DNA from: Octopus bimaculoides
Lineage: Eukaryota
DNA: 64,000 bases
Direction of reading: 5' to 3'
Assembly (NCBI RefSeq): GCF_001194135.2
Contig: NC_068983.1
Span: forward strand, 4,686,561-4,750,560
Shown here: positions 1 through 11,968 of the stretch, one piece after another
Layout of the letters: each line of letters opens with the position of its first letter
Position numbering within the stretch: position 1 is the stretch's first letter
The notes under the pieces: generated by a model
Database searches by the model: none
The model's input: the letters and a program-made list of their open reading frames with translations, nothing else
Told to the model about the DNA's origin: nothing
Made by a program: the position numbers and the translations under genes

Positions 1-233
1 ACATAAAAGACACCATTTCGAGCGTGGCCGTTTTCGTGCGGGTGACACATAAAAGCACCCACTACACTCTCTGAGTGGTTGGCGTTAGGAAGGGCATCCA
101 GCTGTAGAAACTCTGCCAAATCAGACTGGAGCCTGGTGTTGCCATCCGGTTTCACCAGTCCTCAGTCAAATCGTCCAACCCATGCTAGCATGGAAAGCGG
201 ACGTTAAACGATGATGATGATGATGATGATGAT
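1..233 (+). mobile_element. (GAT)n-tailed retroposon 3' end, family A (RTE-LINE 3' UTR or partner SINE tail)
   Basis: Core gagtggttggcgttaggaagggcatccagctgtagaaactctgcc…catgctagcatggaaagcggacgttaaac(gat)n. Other copies at about 2103-2310(-), 3190-3365(+), 5490-5670(+), 6763-6903(-), 8586-8736(+), 13080-13280(+), 19500-19700(+), 21330-21540(+), 23380-23610(+), 24790-24920(-), 27482-27690(-), 28978-29165(-), 36900-37090(-), 49430-49600(+) and 51210-51380(+). Confidence 0.9.
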
Positions 234-589
234 AGCCACCATCACTACAACACCAATGGCTACAACCAGTCCTTCCTCCCCAAATTGTCATCCCACTAGA
301 AACACCTCCAAACTCACGTTTTTCTTGTAGTTGTCAACTGATGACAATTTCTGTAGAACATTAACAGTATCAATCTCCGCACCCCACTGGGCAGCCAGCA
401 AAGACATCGGGCCCTGACTGTTCTCAAGAGACACTTAAAAGCAAAAAACGAGTTATAGCACAACATGCTTACCTCCCTTCCTTTCTTGTTTTAAACATAT
501 TTCTTTTACTAATTCTCCATCCATCTTCTCTGCCTACAATTCTTGGAAGGGGAAGATATCTCTTTTGTAGGGTTCTGTCAGGAGCAATG

Positions 590-1270
590 GTCATTACACT
601 TTATGGCTGGGTTCCTAAGTATGACCATCTGAGATGTCATCCAACCATCTTCCACACGTCTTGCCAATGAACATAATTCAGAGGAACCCTATTTCGGCCA
701 CTTGTATTCATGATCGCTCTTTTGATCATCACCCAATATTCATGACCAGAGGCGAGGACAAGCATGGAAACCGAACTGAAGAGAGTAAGTTTGGCTTTTT
801 TGCCAGCTTCTCTTTTTTTGAGGATTGAATGCTGGAATTGGCACATTGCTGAGCCAACACTTGTAATTCTAGCGTCCAGTTTAGCCTCCTTCTTCCCACC
901 ACTCGTGAATATGATCCTGAGATACTTAAACTTCTCCATGTCTCGTTGATGTGTCACTAATATGCAGAGTGTGTATTGAGATGAGGTTCTGGAGAGGACC
1001 AGTGTCTCGGTCATCAAAACACACATTCTCGTCCCTATTTTGCAGCACTCAACAATGAACCCATTGAAAGTATCCTTCTGATGGACCAAGCAGCACCACG
1101 TTGCCTGCCGATATCAGCCAAGCGATCCTACACTCGCTGATTGTGATACCACTTCCACAATGGCTGCACACGTCAATCCACTTCATAAAAAAATGATATA
1201 TAGATATATATTCCATGTCTGCATGGATCAAACAAAATTCAAAGCAAATTTTTCTCCAGTCACCAGCCAT
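590..1270 (-). mobile_element. Degenerate RTE-clade LINE, C-terminal RT region (Rex3/Expander-like)
   Basis: Broken frames give LISAGNVVLL (a decayed FADDVVLL), EKFKYLRIIFTSGGKKEAKLDARI and KKREAGKKAKLTLFSSVSMLVLASGHEYWVM. Confidence 0.75.
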
Positions 1271-1592
1271 CTCCTGTTTCCAAATAAGCTAATATTTCAC
1301 CATCACTAGATATATTTTCACAGAGAAACAGAAACGAACAACACCGCTTGTATGATGGTGGCACTCGTTTACAACTCCTGCAATGCCAAGACAAAGACAC
1401 ACACATGCATTTATACAACGGGCTTATTTCAATTTCTCTCTACCAAACGCGACTCACTCACAAGGCTATTGTGGGTCCAGGTATATAGCAGAAAACACTT
1501 AGCCAAGGTGCCATACAGTGGGACTGAACCGGGAACTATGTGGTTGGGAAGCAAACTTCTTGCCACACAACCATGGTTGTGCCTATTAATAT

Positions 1593-1990
1593 TCTTTTTT
1601 ACTCTAGGCACAAGGCCCGAAATTTTGAGGGAGGGGGCCAGTCAAGTACATCGACCCAGTACGCAACTGGTACTTAATTTATCAACCCCGAAAGGATGAA
1701 AGGCAAAGTCAACCTCGGCGGAATTTGAACTCAGAGCATAAAGACAGACGAAGTACCGCTAAGCACTTTGCCCGGCGTGGTAATGTTTCTGCCAGCTCCT
1801 CGCCGCCTTGTTGTGCCTATATTCTTTTCTACTCTAGGTAACAAGGCCCGAAATTTTGGGGGAGGGGGCCAGTCTATTAGATCGACCTCAGTGCACAACT
1901 GGTACTTAATTTATTGACCCTGAAAAGATGAAAGGCAAAGTCAACCTCGGCGGGATTTCACTCAGCATGCTAATGTTTCTGCCAGCTCAC
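1593..1990 (-). mobile_element. Two tandem copies of tRNA-derived SINE family C
   Basis: Head ggcggcgagctggcagaaacgttagcacgccgg…gagttcaaattccgccg (B box), then gtcgactttgcctttcatcctttcggggtcgataaattaagtaccag. Other copies at about 12520-12700, 41210-41370, 50905-51115, 57397-57585 and 63673-63838 (all minus) and 59792-60020 (+). Confidence 0.85.
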
Positions 1991-3370
1991 CATCTTGTTG
2001 CGCCTATAAATATTAAAACCATGTCTTTATGTTTCCTTATAATGTCAGATTTCAGTTTTACCAATATTTTGTTAAAACTATCCTCAGTTGGAAACAAGAC
2101 ATCGTCGTTTAACATCCGCTTTCCATGCTGGCATAGGTTGGACGGTTTGATTGAGGGCTGGTAAGCCAGAAGGCTGCACTAGGCTCCAATCTGATCTGGC
2201 AATGTTTCTACAGCTGGATGCCCTTGCTAACGTGAGTGTAGTGTCCTTCCTTCTCCGAGAGTGTAGTGGGTGCTTTTTACGTGCCACCGGCACGAGGGCC
2301 AGACAAGCGGCATTGGCAAATATTTTAAAACAAAAAAATTTTAATCCATCGAACTATTGCAGAAAACCAAACCCCTTTCCACCCTTCCACCTCTAGTGTA
2401 TTTTTTATTGTTTCACTTTATTTTATTTTATTTTATTTAATTTCCCCCTACATTATTGTAGCTTATTCTTTTTTCTATTTATCATCTTCTTCCGTACTTA
2501 TCCTGCTAACGGTGTTGCCCTGCTGTCTTAATAAAGTCTTAGGTAACGTTATCTGCTTCAATAAAAAATAAAATGGTCACGGCTGGACTGTGCTTAAATA
2601 TTCACAAGGTTAAATAAAGATAATTTTTTAAACCCTCGATAAGAAGGAATGAAAAAGACCCGAACGTACGTTAAAAGATTTGCAAGAGTTGCTTCCCTTA
2701 CACTACTTAAGTCGTAAGGATGACTTTTTTACAAACACTTGCAGCCATTTTCAGTCAATATACTTTCATCTTCGAGGTTTAAATGTTTAGTCATCGTTAT
2801 TCAGACGTATGAATGTTCGAAAGTAGTCCAATTGTGACCATCTCGTCGTTTAATTCGTCAGATAACATTTGTTTATGCATAAGTTATAGTTAATCAAAAA
2901 ATCTCTGATGCTTATAAGTGCAGCAATGAGTGAAATGGTTTAGAAGCTCACTTGGCAACCCTGTCGATTTGGGTTCAGTCCCACCGTGTGACACGTTGGA
3001 CAAGTGTCTTCCACTAGTTTCCAAGCTGACCAAAACCTTGTGAGTAGACTGGCAAGACGGAAACTGAAAAAAAGCCTGTTGTATATGTGTGAGTGTATAT
3101 ATAAGACCTTTGGCATTATGTCGTGCTTGAGAAGAAAACCCATCAAGCTGAGCAAAATTGCAGTTGTAGCAGATACCAGTTTCACGCAAATGGCACCTGT
3201 GCCAGTGGCACATAAAAGCAACCACTACATGCTCGGAGTGGTTGGCGTTAGGAGGGGCATCCAACCGTAGAAACCATACCAAAACAGACTAGGGTCTGGT
3301 GCAGCCTTCCAGCGTACCAACCCAGTCAAACCGTTCAACCCATCATCGACAACGGACGTTAAATGATATG

Positions 3371-3402
<32 letters not shown>

Positions 3403-4384
3403 ATGTGTGTGTCTTTATCTTTGTCTCTCATCTGTTTGACAATCAGTGTTGGTATGTTTATTTCCCCATGGCTTAGCAGTTCGGCAAAAGAGACCAATAG
3501 AATAAGTACTGGACTTAAAAAAAAAGTACTCGGATTAATTCCTTTCACTAAAATTCCTCAACATGATGCTCCAGCATTGCCACAGTATAATGAGTGAAAT
3601 AATGTAATATATATATATATATGTATATATATATAAGCTGATTAATGTCTTGTATATAGAAACATGATAGATGGAAACCGTGCTGAAGCCTGTTGTATAT
3701 TTTTTGTAGATTGTCGTACATCAATGAAAATATGAGTTGATACATTGTGCTAACAGTAAAAATATTTTAGTAAAATAGCTTTTGTTATTATTGTGTTTGG
3801 AACATAAATTAATACAAAATTTAGATCCCTTTAAAACAGGAAGTTTGTATCATAGAATCAGGGTTGGTATCAAAAGGGTTAAATGAATTCCTGTATTTGA
3901 CTGGGACTTTGTTATAAACGAATGGAAAGTAAAGTTGAACTCAGGATGTAGAGGTTTATAATGAAATACTACAACGCTGCACTAATTCGACCATTCTTCT
4001 TACTAGAAGAAAGTCTATCAATAATTAGGTTTGGGATAGTTTATAGAAATACCTGAGAACTTTATAGAATATCCCATCAATTATATTGATCTCTGCTTGG
4101 CTGTTGTTTAACACTAGATCATTCAGATCTCACTGACTTACAATCAAACAAATCCTTTCTGTAATGATTCTGCTTTATTTTATCCAGACATAGTCTACCC
4201 AGGACTATATTGTTTAATGTCTCCCCTTTTTTAACGTAGCAGGGGATTGTTTAAGGTAGATTTGGTTGCTATTTCCAGCAAGTTAAATGACCATGTAGAG
4301 GCTCTCTCATTGGTTTCTTCTACAGAAATTTTTATTATTTACCAAATGGTATAATTAGCTTCATAAGATGCTAATGTTAAATTT

Positions 4385-4594
4385 AACTTAAGATGAAAGT
4401 AAACAAACTTTGTTTGTTTTAGAAGTGTTGAGATGTATTGAAAGATAGAGAAATAAATTATTTTTATTCTCAAACGCGGGATAATGCTAATAAAAAAGCG
4501 TGAACAGGATAAATTATCCGTACATTGCAGAAAAATACGTTACCAGCCAAATGCTTCTAAAACAAATATTGTTTGTTTACTTTCATCATAAGTT
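4385..4594. mobile_element. MITE-like element with about 41-bp imperfect terminal inverted repeats
   Basis: aacttaagatgaaagtaaacaaac…tttgttttagaag (4385-4425) is the reverse complement of 4554-4594. Confidence 0.6.
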
Positions 4595-7500
4595 GAACAA
4601 AACAATGTGAATCAACAAACATCACATTTGACAGAGGAATCTGAAGGCAAAAGGATTAAACTGTATTCTCCAAGAATTTCTTAAACATATAATCTGAAGG
4701 TGCAAGCATGGTTGTGCGGTTGAAAAGCTTGCTTCCCAATCAAATTGTCTTCAGTTCAGTCCTACTGCGTGGTTCCTATGGCAAATGTCTTTTGCAATAG
4801 ACCTAGGCCAACCAAGGTCTTGGGAGTGGATTTAGTAGAAAGAAACTAAACGACTACCAAATGTGTGTGTGTACCCTTGTCTTGACATCACATGGTGGTT
4901 ATAAAGAAGTGATGTTGTTCTACAGAAAATGCCTGGCCATGGGGAAATATTACTTTACTTGGAATTAGGTGAGGGTTGATGACAGGAAAGGCATCCAACC
5001 ATAGAAAATCTGCCCCGAGAAATTCCATCAGACCCATGCAAGAATGGAAAAGTAGGCAATTAATATGATGATCTCAAGTCAGCTTTGATTATATCCTGTA
5101 TTAGCTGCCAGTCAAGTGCAACTTGAATATTTGACAAGTGTAACTTGAACATCTCTCAAATACTGAGTGTCACTCCTGTATTTCTTGAATATCGTTGGTC
5201 CTCATGTCACTGAATACAAAGTCAGACTTTTTTATTACAGTAAAAGCCAGTACAATAATTGAAATAACATTGTAGCGACCAACATGGCTGTGTGGTGAAC
5301 AAGCGCATTTTGCAACTGTGGGGTTGGGTGGGGGGCAGTCCCACTCTTTGGCACCTTAGGCAAGTCTTTTCTAAAGCTCCAGGCTGACCAGTTCTTTGTG
5401 AGTGAATCTTGGTAGACAGAAACTGTGTTGAAGCCTACTGCATGTATGCATGTGTATACGTTGAGGGGTTTTGTTTTGCAAGGCACATGGGAAACCTGTT
5501 GATGCTGGTGCCAGGAAAAAGCACCCAGTCCAATTTTTAAAGTGGTTGGCATATTAGGAAGGGCACCTAGCCATAGAAACCATGCCAAAACGGACAATGG
5601 AACTTGGTGCAGCTCCTATCAAACCGTCCAACCCATGCCAGCATGGAAAACGGACAGTAAATGATGATGATGAGGCTATATATGCCTTTGTCTCCTGACC
5701 ACTCTGCTTGATAACCAGTGTTGGTTTGTTTACATCCCCAAAACTTAGCAGTTTGGCAAAAGAGACTGATGCAATAAGTACCAGACTTCATAGAATAAGT
5801 CCTGGCACTGATTTGTTTGACTGAAAGTATTTGAATGTAGAGCTCCAGCATGACCGCAGTCCAATGGCTAAATCAAATAAGAGTAAAGATTACATCAACT
5901 CTCTTGTCACCAGGTTTCTGTTGAAGCACATTACCTTTGTTGTAATTAATTTTGAAACTAACGAAGAATTCAGTTGCAGGAGTGGCTGTGTGGTAAGAAA
6001 CTTGCTTCCCCACCACATGGTTCTGGGTTCAGTCCCACTGTGTGACACCTTGGTTAAGTATCTTCTACTATAGTCTCGGGCCTACCGAAGCCTTCTGAGT
6101 GGATTTGGTAGATGGAAACTGAAAGAAGCTTGTTGTAGACATATAATATATATACACATTTGTGTGTCTCCTGACGTTGGTGTGTTTACGTCCCCATAAC
6201 TTAGCAAGAGAGACCGATAAAATAAGTACTGGGCTTACAAAGAATAAGTCCTGGGTTCGATTTGCATCGACTGAAAGCGATGCTCCAGCATGGCCGCAGT
6301 AAACAAATAAAAGGATAAAAGAATTTAATCAAATAAATTTGTCACTCTTAAGTTGGTCAAGACTGATGCAAAACCAAAGACAATATTATAAACCAGCCCC
6401 GAGAAATAATAGTGACAAGCTGCAGGGATGGCCAAGGGGTCAGACGTTTGCTTCCCCACCCCCACGGCTCCAAGTTCAGTGCCCCTGCATTGCACCTAAG
6501 GTGTCTTCAACTATAGCCCTGGGCTGACTAAAGCCTTATCAATGGATTTTGTAGAAAGACTGTGTGGAAACCTGTCGTTGTATACATATATATGTATATA
6601 TATATATATATATATNNNNNNNNNNNNNNNNNNNNNNNNNNNNNNNNNNNNNNNNNNNNNNNNNNNNNNNNNNNNNNNNNNNNNNNNNNNNNNNNNNNNN
6701 NNNNNNNNNNNNNNNNNNNNNNNNNNNNNNNNNNNNNNNNNNNNNNNNTATATATCATCATCAGCGTTTAACGTCCGCTTTCCATGCTGGCATGAGTTGG
6801 ACAATTTGACTGAGGACTGGTGAAACCAAATGGCTACACCAGGCTCCAATCTGATTTGGCAGTTTCTACAGCTGGATGTCCTTCCTAACGCCAACCACTC
6901 CAAGAGTGTATATATATATATGGAACAGGAAGATTACAGACTGAAAGAAAAGAAAATTGTATTAAATGAATGCATAAAATTTATAGGATGTATTTTCATT
7001 CCGTTAAACTAAAATTTCTGGCAAGACAGTTCTCTCCCTTGTAACAGACATGAACAACCAATCACCCAACAGTTTACGTGTGTGTTGTGTGTATGCACAT
7101 GCATGCCTTGTGTGTGAATTTGGTTTAGCAAAACTGCAGGAGGCTTTTGTGTGGGCAGATGTGCTTCAGTTTTGGCATCTTGCTCATCTTAGGATGAGCA
7201 GAATAGTCACATAGTTTATTTACATTCCTTACTGACATAATGAACAGTAACTCTGTGCTTTCAAAGAACTAAAAAGCCCAGTATTTCAAAAACAGGTAAG
7301 GGTCTGCAACAGGAGGGGCATCTAGCTTTAAAATCCTGTTGTAAATATGTCACCATCCAACCCAGGCTAGCATGGAAAAACATTAAAGAAACAAATGAGT
7401 GAATATATTTTTCAATCTACCCCCATTCACTGTCATCCGTGCCTCTTGTATCCCATTCACTGTCATCTGTGCCTCTTGTATCCCCCTCCTCTGTTACCCA

Positions 7501-7686
7501 TCTCTCAATCACTTCCTCTACTGAGTCCCAAGTGGAACTAAAGTTGGCACCCACCTCTTCTGTCCGTCATACATTGCTTCCAGTGTAACTAAGGATGTCG
7601 TGGTACTTGTCTGACTCTTTCGCCAATACTTATTTGAAGCATTCACAGGAACAGGACCTATTTTTCGTTTCCCCTACAACCACCCT

Positions 7687-8050
7687 CAACCACATGGTTC
7701 CGGGTTCAATCCCACTGTGTGACACCTTGCGCAAGTATCCGCTACTATAGCCTCGGGCCGACCAAAGCCTTGTAAGTGGATTTGGTAGACGGAAACTGAA
7801 AAAGAAGCCCGTTGTATATATGTATATATATGTATGTGTGTGTGTTTCTGTGTCTGTGTTTGTCACCCCAATATCGCTTGACAACCGATGCTGGTGTGTT
7901 TACGTCCCTGTAACTTAGCGGTTCGGCAAAAAGAGACCGATAGAATAAGTACTAGGCTTACAAAGAATAAGTTCTGGGGTCAATTTGCTCGACTAAAGGC
8001 GGTGCTCCAGCATGGCCGCAGTCAAATGACTGAAACAAGTAAAAGAGTAA
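7687..8050 (+). mobile_element. tRNA-derived SINE family B, near-complete copy
   Basis: caaccacatggttccgggttcaatcccactg (B box)…cttgggcaagtgtcttctactatagcctcgggccgaccaaagccttgtgagtggatttggtagacggaaactg, an internal microsatellite, and a 3' body ending gcagtcaaatgactgaaacaagtaaaagag. Other copies at about 1340-1577(-), 2915-3600(+), 4700-4860, 5975-6300, 12113-12420, 20230-20590, 26420-26818(-), 36355-36510(-), 37138-37300, 46200-46360, 52878-53240(-), 60030-60190(-) and 61790-61932(-). Confidence 0.9.
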
Positions 8051-8099
8051 AAAAAAGAGTAGGACTGGTGGACTGGTTCTATGAAAAGAAAACTACAAC

Positions 8100-8520
8100 A
8101 CAATTCAATTTGACATTTAATCTCCTTTAAAGTCGACCCCTTTCTGAAGACACACACTTTATCCAGTATTGTTTCCATTGATGGGAACATTCCTAGAACT
8201 CCTTTTTTAGGGACAGAGAGCAGATGCCTCATCACATTCTCTTGGATTTCCTCGATGTCTTGAAATCATGTTGGGGTCTTGCACTGTGAAGACTGGGCCT
8301 TGGTTTCAGGGTCACAGCCACGATTCGTCGCCTGTTATGACTATCTTCAAAAACCTTTCATCTTCCTCAACACAATCAAAGAGTTACTGACCACCTGAAA
8401 CCGGATCTTCTTTTGAGACAACCACACTTTACTTCCAAACGCTGCTTTAAGCAATGGAAATGAGCGAGAACGTTATAACTTCATGTGTTATGTATGACGG
8501 AGTTCAAGGTCAATATCTAC
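8100..8520 (-). mobile_element. Internally deleted mariner (Tc1/mariner) transposase relic
   Basis: Broken frames on the minus strand give CEEDERFLKIVITGDESW…DPETKAQSSQ and FQDIEEIQENVMRHL…WKQYWIKCV…EGVDFKGD. Confidence 0.8.
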
Positions 8521-10773
8521 CAAGTGCCTTCACTTTGCATAGTTTAGCTCAGTTACCATAGCAACAATACTGATACATTTTGATCAGTGGTTGGCGTTAG
8601 GAAGGGCATCTAGCTGTAGAAACTCTGCCAAATTTAGATTGGAGCCTGGTGTTGCCATCCGGTTTCACCAGTCCTCAGTCAAATCGTCCAACCCATGCTA
8701 GCATGGAAAGCGGACGTTAAACGATGATGATGATGATATATATAGGATGTTACATTACTGGTTGTGGTTACACTGCTCCTCTTCCACACATCCTGATTGT
8801 GTGTCATTGCTCCATCTCTTGGGTCACGTTACTTTCTTTCATTACCCTCTCACCTCTTTGTCATGAGACCCCCATTAAACATATCTATCTCAAAATACTA
8901 GATAATCCTACCACCACCACCACCACCATTACTATCATTCATGTCTTACATTCTGTAAAAAAGCTGGCAAGCAAACAGAGACACGGAAGGTTGTGGGGTC
9001 CTTTTGGTTATGCCGAGGACGTGGCTACTTCTTTAGTGCTGGTGCCATGGAAAGAAGCAACACCCAGGACACTGGAAAGTGGTTAGTGATGGTTAGGATG
9101 GTTATCCAGCAACAGAAACATGAGTTAAATGCAGTCTCCCAATGTGTCTAGATGAGCAATACCTCTGTGTATCAGTTGAGTCCAGCCATGGCAATCCATT
9201 CAACACACGCAAGTAGGAAAGATAATCCAATACGACAGTAAGGACAATGATGTGTGTGTGTGTGTGTGTGCACCTGAGAGACTTGAATCAATAAAATATA
9301 AAAGAGGGACAAGGCAATGATATCGTCAGCTCAAATAAATACATAAAACAAATAAATGAACAAAACAATAGAAAGAAAGAAACAAAAAACCCTGTTTTTT
9401 TTTTCAATCATTGGATAGCGACTATTATTATTAATAGTTTGTATTGTCATAAGGGGCCTGCTCTATGAGGGGAGGGTCTCTACTAGTTATCTCCCCTGAT
9501 ATCACAGGATTTGTTTTATATATATATACATACATATAATATATATANNNNNNNNNNNNNNNNNNNNNNNNNNNNNNNNNNNNNNNNNNNNNNNNNNNNN
9601 NNNNNNNNNNNNNNNNNNNNNNNNNNNNNNNNNNNNNNNNNNNNNNNNNNNNNNNNNNNNNNNNNNNNNNNNNNNNNNNNNNNNNNNNNNNNNNNNNNNN
9701 NNNNNNNNNNNNNNNNNNATATAGGAATGGTTTTACATTAACTTTTAGGCTTGATGAATCAAATGGAAAATATATCAGAAGATATTAATTACAATGATAA
9801 TTAATGATACACAAAACATTTCCAGTCATGATTTTTTTTTTTGATGTTTTCGTTTTTTGTTTTTTTATCAGAGAAGCAACATTTTTAGTATTGGGTAACA
9901 TCAGTTCTCACCAGAATTCCAAATTGCTTTGGAATCCTTTCTGAAATTGATGATATTACAAAGAACAGGACGTTTCCAAGGAACTGAAGTTAAAATAACG
10001 AGCACAGTACATAAGTGTATGCATGTGTGTGTGTGTGTGTGTTCTGAAGAGCAGCAAAGATGGAGGGAACTTGGTATGAATGCTTGCCTTGTCCTGCCTT
10101 ATTTTATTCCCATTCTGTTGGCAAAATAAGGAATGATTGTTTGTTAGTTTGTGGCCAAAGAACTAGGGGCGATCAGTACAACATAGGGGTTTTATTTTCA
10201 ATATTGTCCTCAAAAAAACCGGAAACCACCAAACCGTTTCGTTCCATTCCACTGACCAAAGAAGCAGCAACTACGTCCAAACAACCAACACCGAATGGTA
10301 AGCATTTGACCAATATAACTCACCTGCCAGCATCAATCCTGTTTCATTTACTAGGTCGGTTTGTTTTCTATGACAGCAACAAGACAGGGAAACAAGGGAA
10401 TGGATAAAAAAAACACTATTGGTTGCTTTGTTCAAAATATTTAGTGGGGGAAAAAAAAAAAACCCCAAAAAATTGGTAGAATTTTTACTCAAAGTTTTGC
10501 GAAAGTGTCTTTTGGTAAACTTCTTTAAATTTGTAAAAGAATATTTTGAGATTTTTATATATAAGTCATGTATTCATTGTGCATGAATATATGTGTGTCT
10601 GTACATATGGTGTGTGTATGTGTGTCTACATATACATATACATATATATATATACACACACACACACACCCATGATGCAACTATGTAGGTGTGAGTGTGT
10701 CTTTGTACATAAATGCATGCCCACACGTGTGTATCTATCTATATATATATATCTACATATATATAAATATATA

Positions 10774-10833
<60 letters not shown>

Positions 10834-11771
10834 CACACACACTCATCTATACACGTAAATGTGTGTATTTATATAAATTTGAAGCAAGTTACCATAGCAA
10901 TTACAAAAATTATTCCTTTCCAGTTCAGCAGCAGACTATTTGTTTAAAAAAAAACCAATTCCACAGAACCCAGAACTAGTCTACCTCACAAAATGCTTAT
11001 TGATGAAGATGAAGGTTATTGGAAATTGTTCTAAATTGTCTCAGGTGGAGGGGGTTGGCTAGGGGGATGGGGTAGTAGGGAGAATTATAGAATTGGAATT
11101 AATAAATTCCAACATCTTTTTGTTTGTTTTTTTTTTTGTTATTGTAATTCTAAGAATTCTGAATGTTTTTTTCCTCCTCTTTCACACTCGACTAAAATAA
11201 ACCAGCACAAGAACCCAAATCCTTTCAGTGCCCAATAAAAAGAATTTAAAAAAATACAAAAAACATGTGTAAATGATAAAGGGATCTCATATGTCGAAAC
11301 ATATAAGTGAAGGGTGAAGGAAGTCTAAAATCGTTTTTGGGTTTGGGAAAGGGTTGTTTTCTTTATCGATACTTTATATTTAGCATGTTGAGGAATGCTT
11401 CACTGTTTGAANNNNNNNNNNNNNNNNNNNNNNNNNNNNNNNNNNNNNNNNNNNNNNNNNNNNNNNNNNNNNNNNNNNNNNNNNNNNNNNNNNNNNNNNN
11501 NNNNNNNNNNNNNNNNNNNNNNNNNNNNNNNNNNNNNNNNNNNNNNNNNNNNNNNNNNNNNNNNNNNNNNNNNNNNNNNNNNNNNNNNNNNNNNNNNNNN
11601 NNNNNNNNNNNNNNNNNNNNNNNNNNNNNNNNNNNNNNNNNNNNNNNNNNNNNNNNNNNNNNTCCTGACCAACTTTCAGGAATCGATGTAGAACGGGGGG
11701 GGGAGGGGGTACTGATACACTGGTAACCATTTAGAGAAAAAGCGATTGAAAACAGACATTGGTTCTCTGGA

Positions 11772-11968
11772 TCATACAAAGTCATATAAACTGGTGTTGA
11801 CGGGATTGTTTGATGGATGGCTACTACTTTGGCTTGATGCTGCTGCTGACGATGATGACGATGCTGATGCTGCTGTTGCTGCTGCTGTTGCCGCTGTTTG
11901 TTTGACAATTTTTTTCTTCTTTGTCACTGGTGGTTTCAATGGTTTGGCTGGACCACGCTTCCGAGAAC
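11772..11968 (-). CDS. ATXN7L3: ATXN7L3 exon 11, terminal coding exon (GSRKRGPAK…TSLYDFV*)
   Basis: Acceptor tttgtag, KKKK basic patch, C-terminal SLYDF resembling vertebrate SIYDD, TGA stop at 11772-11774. Confidence 0.9.

Noticed and set aside
2400-9200. A further gene downstream of ATXN7L3 (CpG-rich patch at about 2.5-2.9 kb, several exon-like bits)
   Set aside because: Candidate exons contained stops or incompatible phases, so no coherent protein could be built. An ATG at about 2750 (minus) closes after 13 codons.
11363-11908. Polyglutamine-like ORF ([16 protein letters not shown]…) in an ataxin-7-like gene
   Set aside because: It is an alternative frame of the Ala/Ser tract. Read from the exon 11 acceptor, this frame hits TGA before the repeat, and skipping exon 10 gives the poly-Ser frame instead. 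The ORF also runs into an N-gap.
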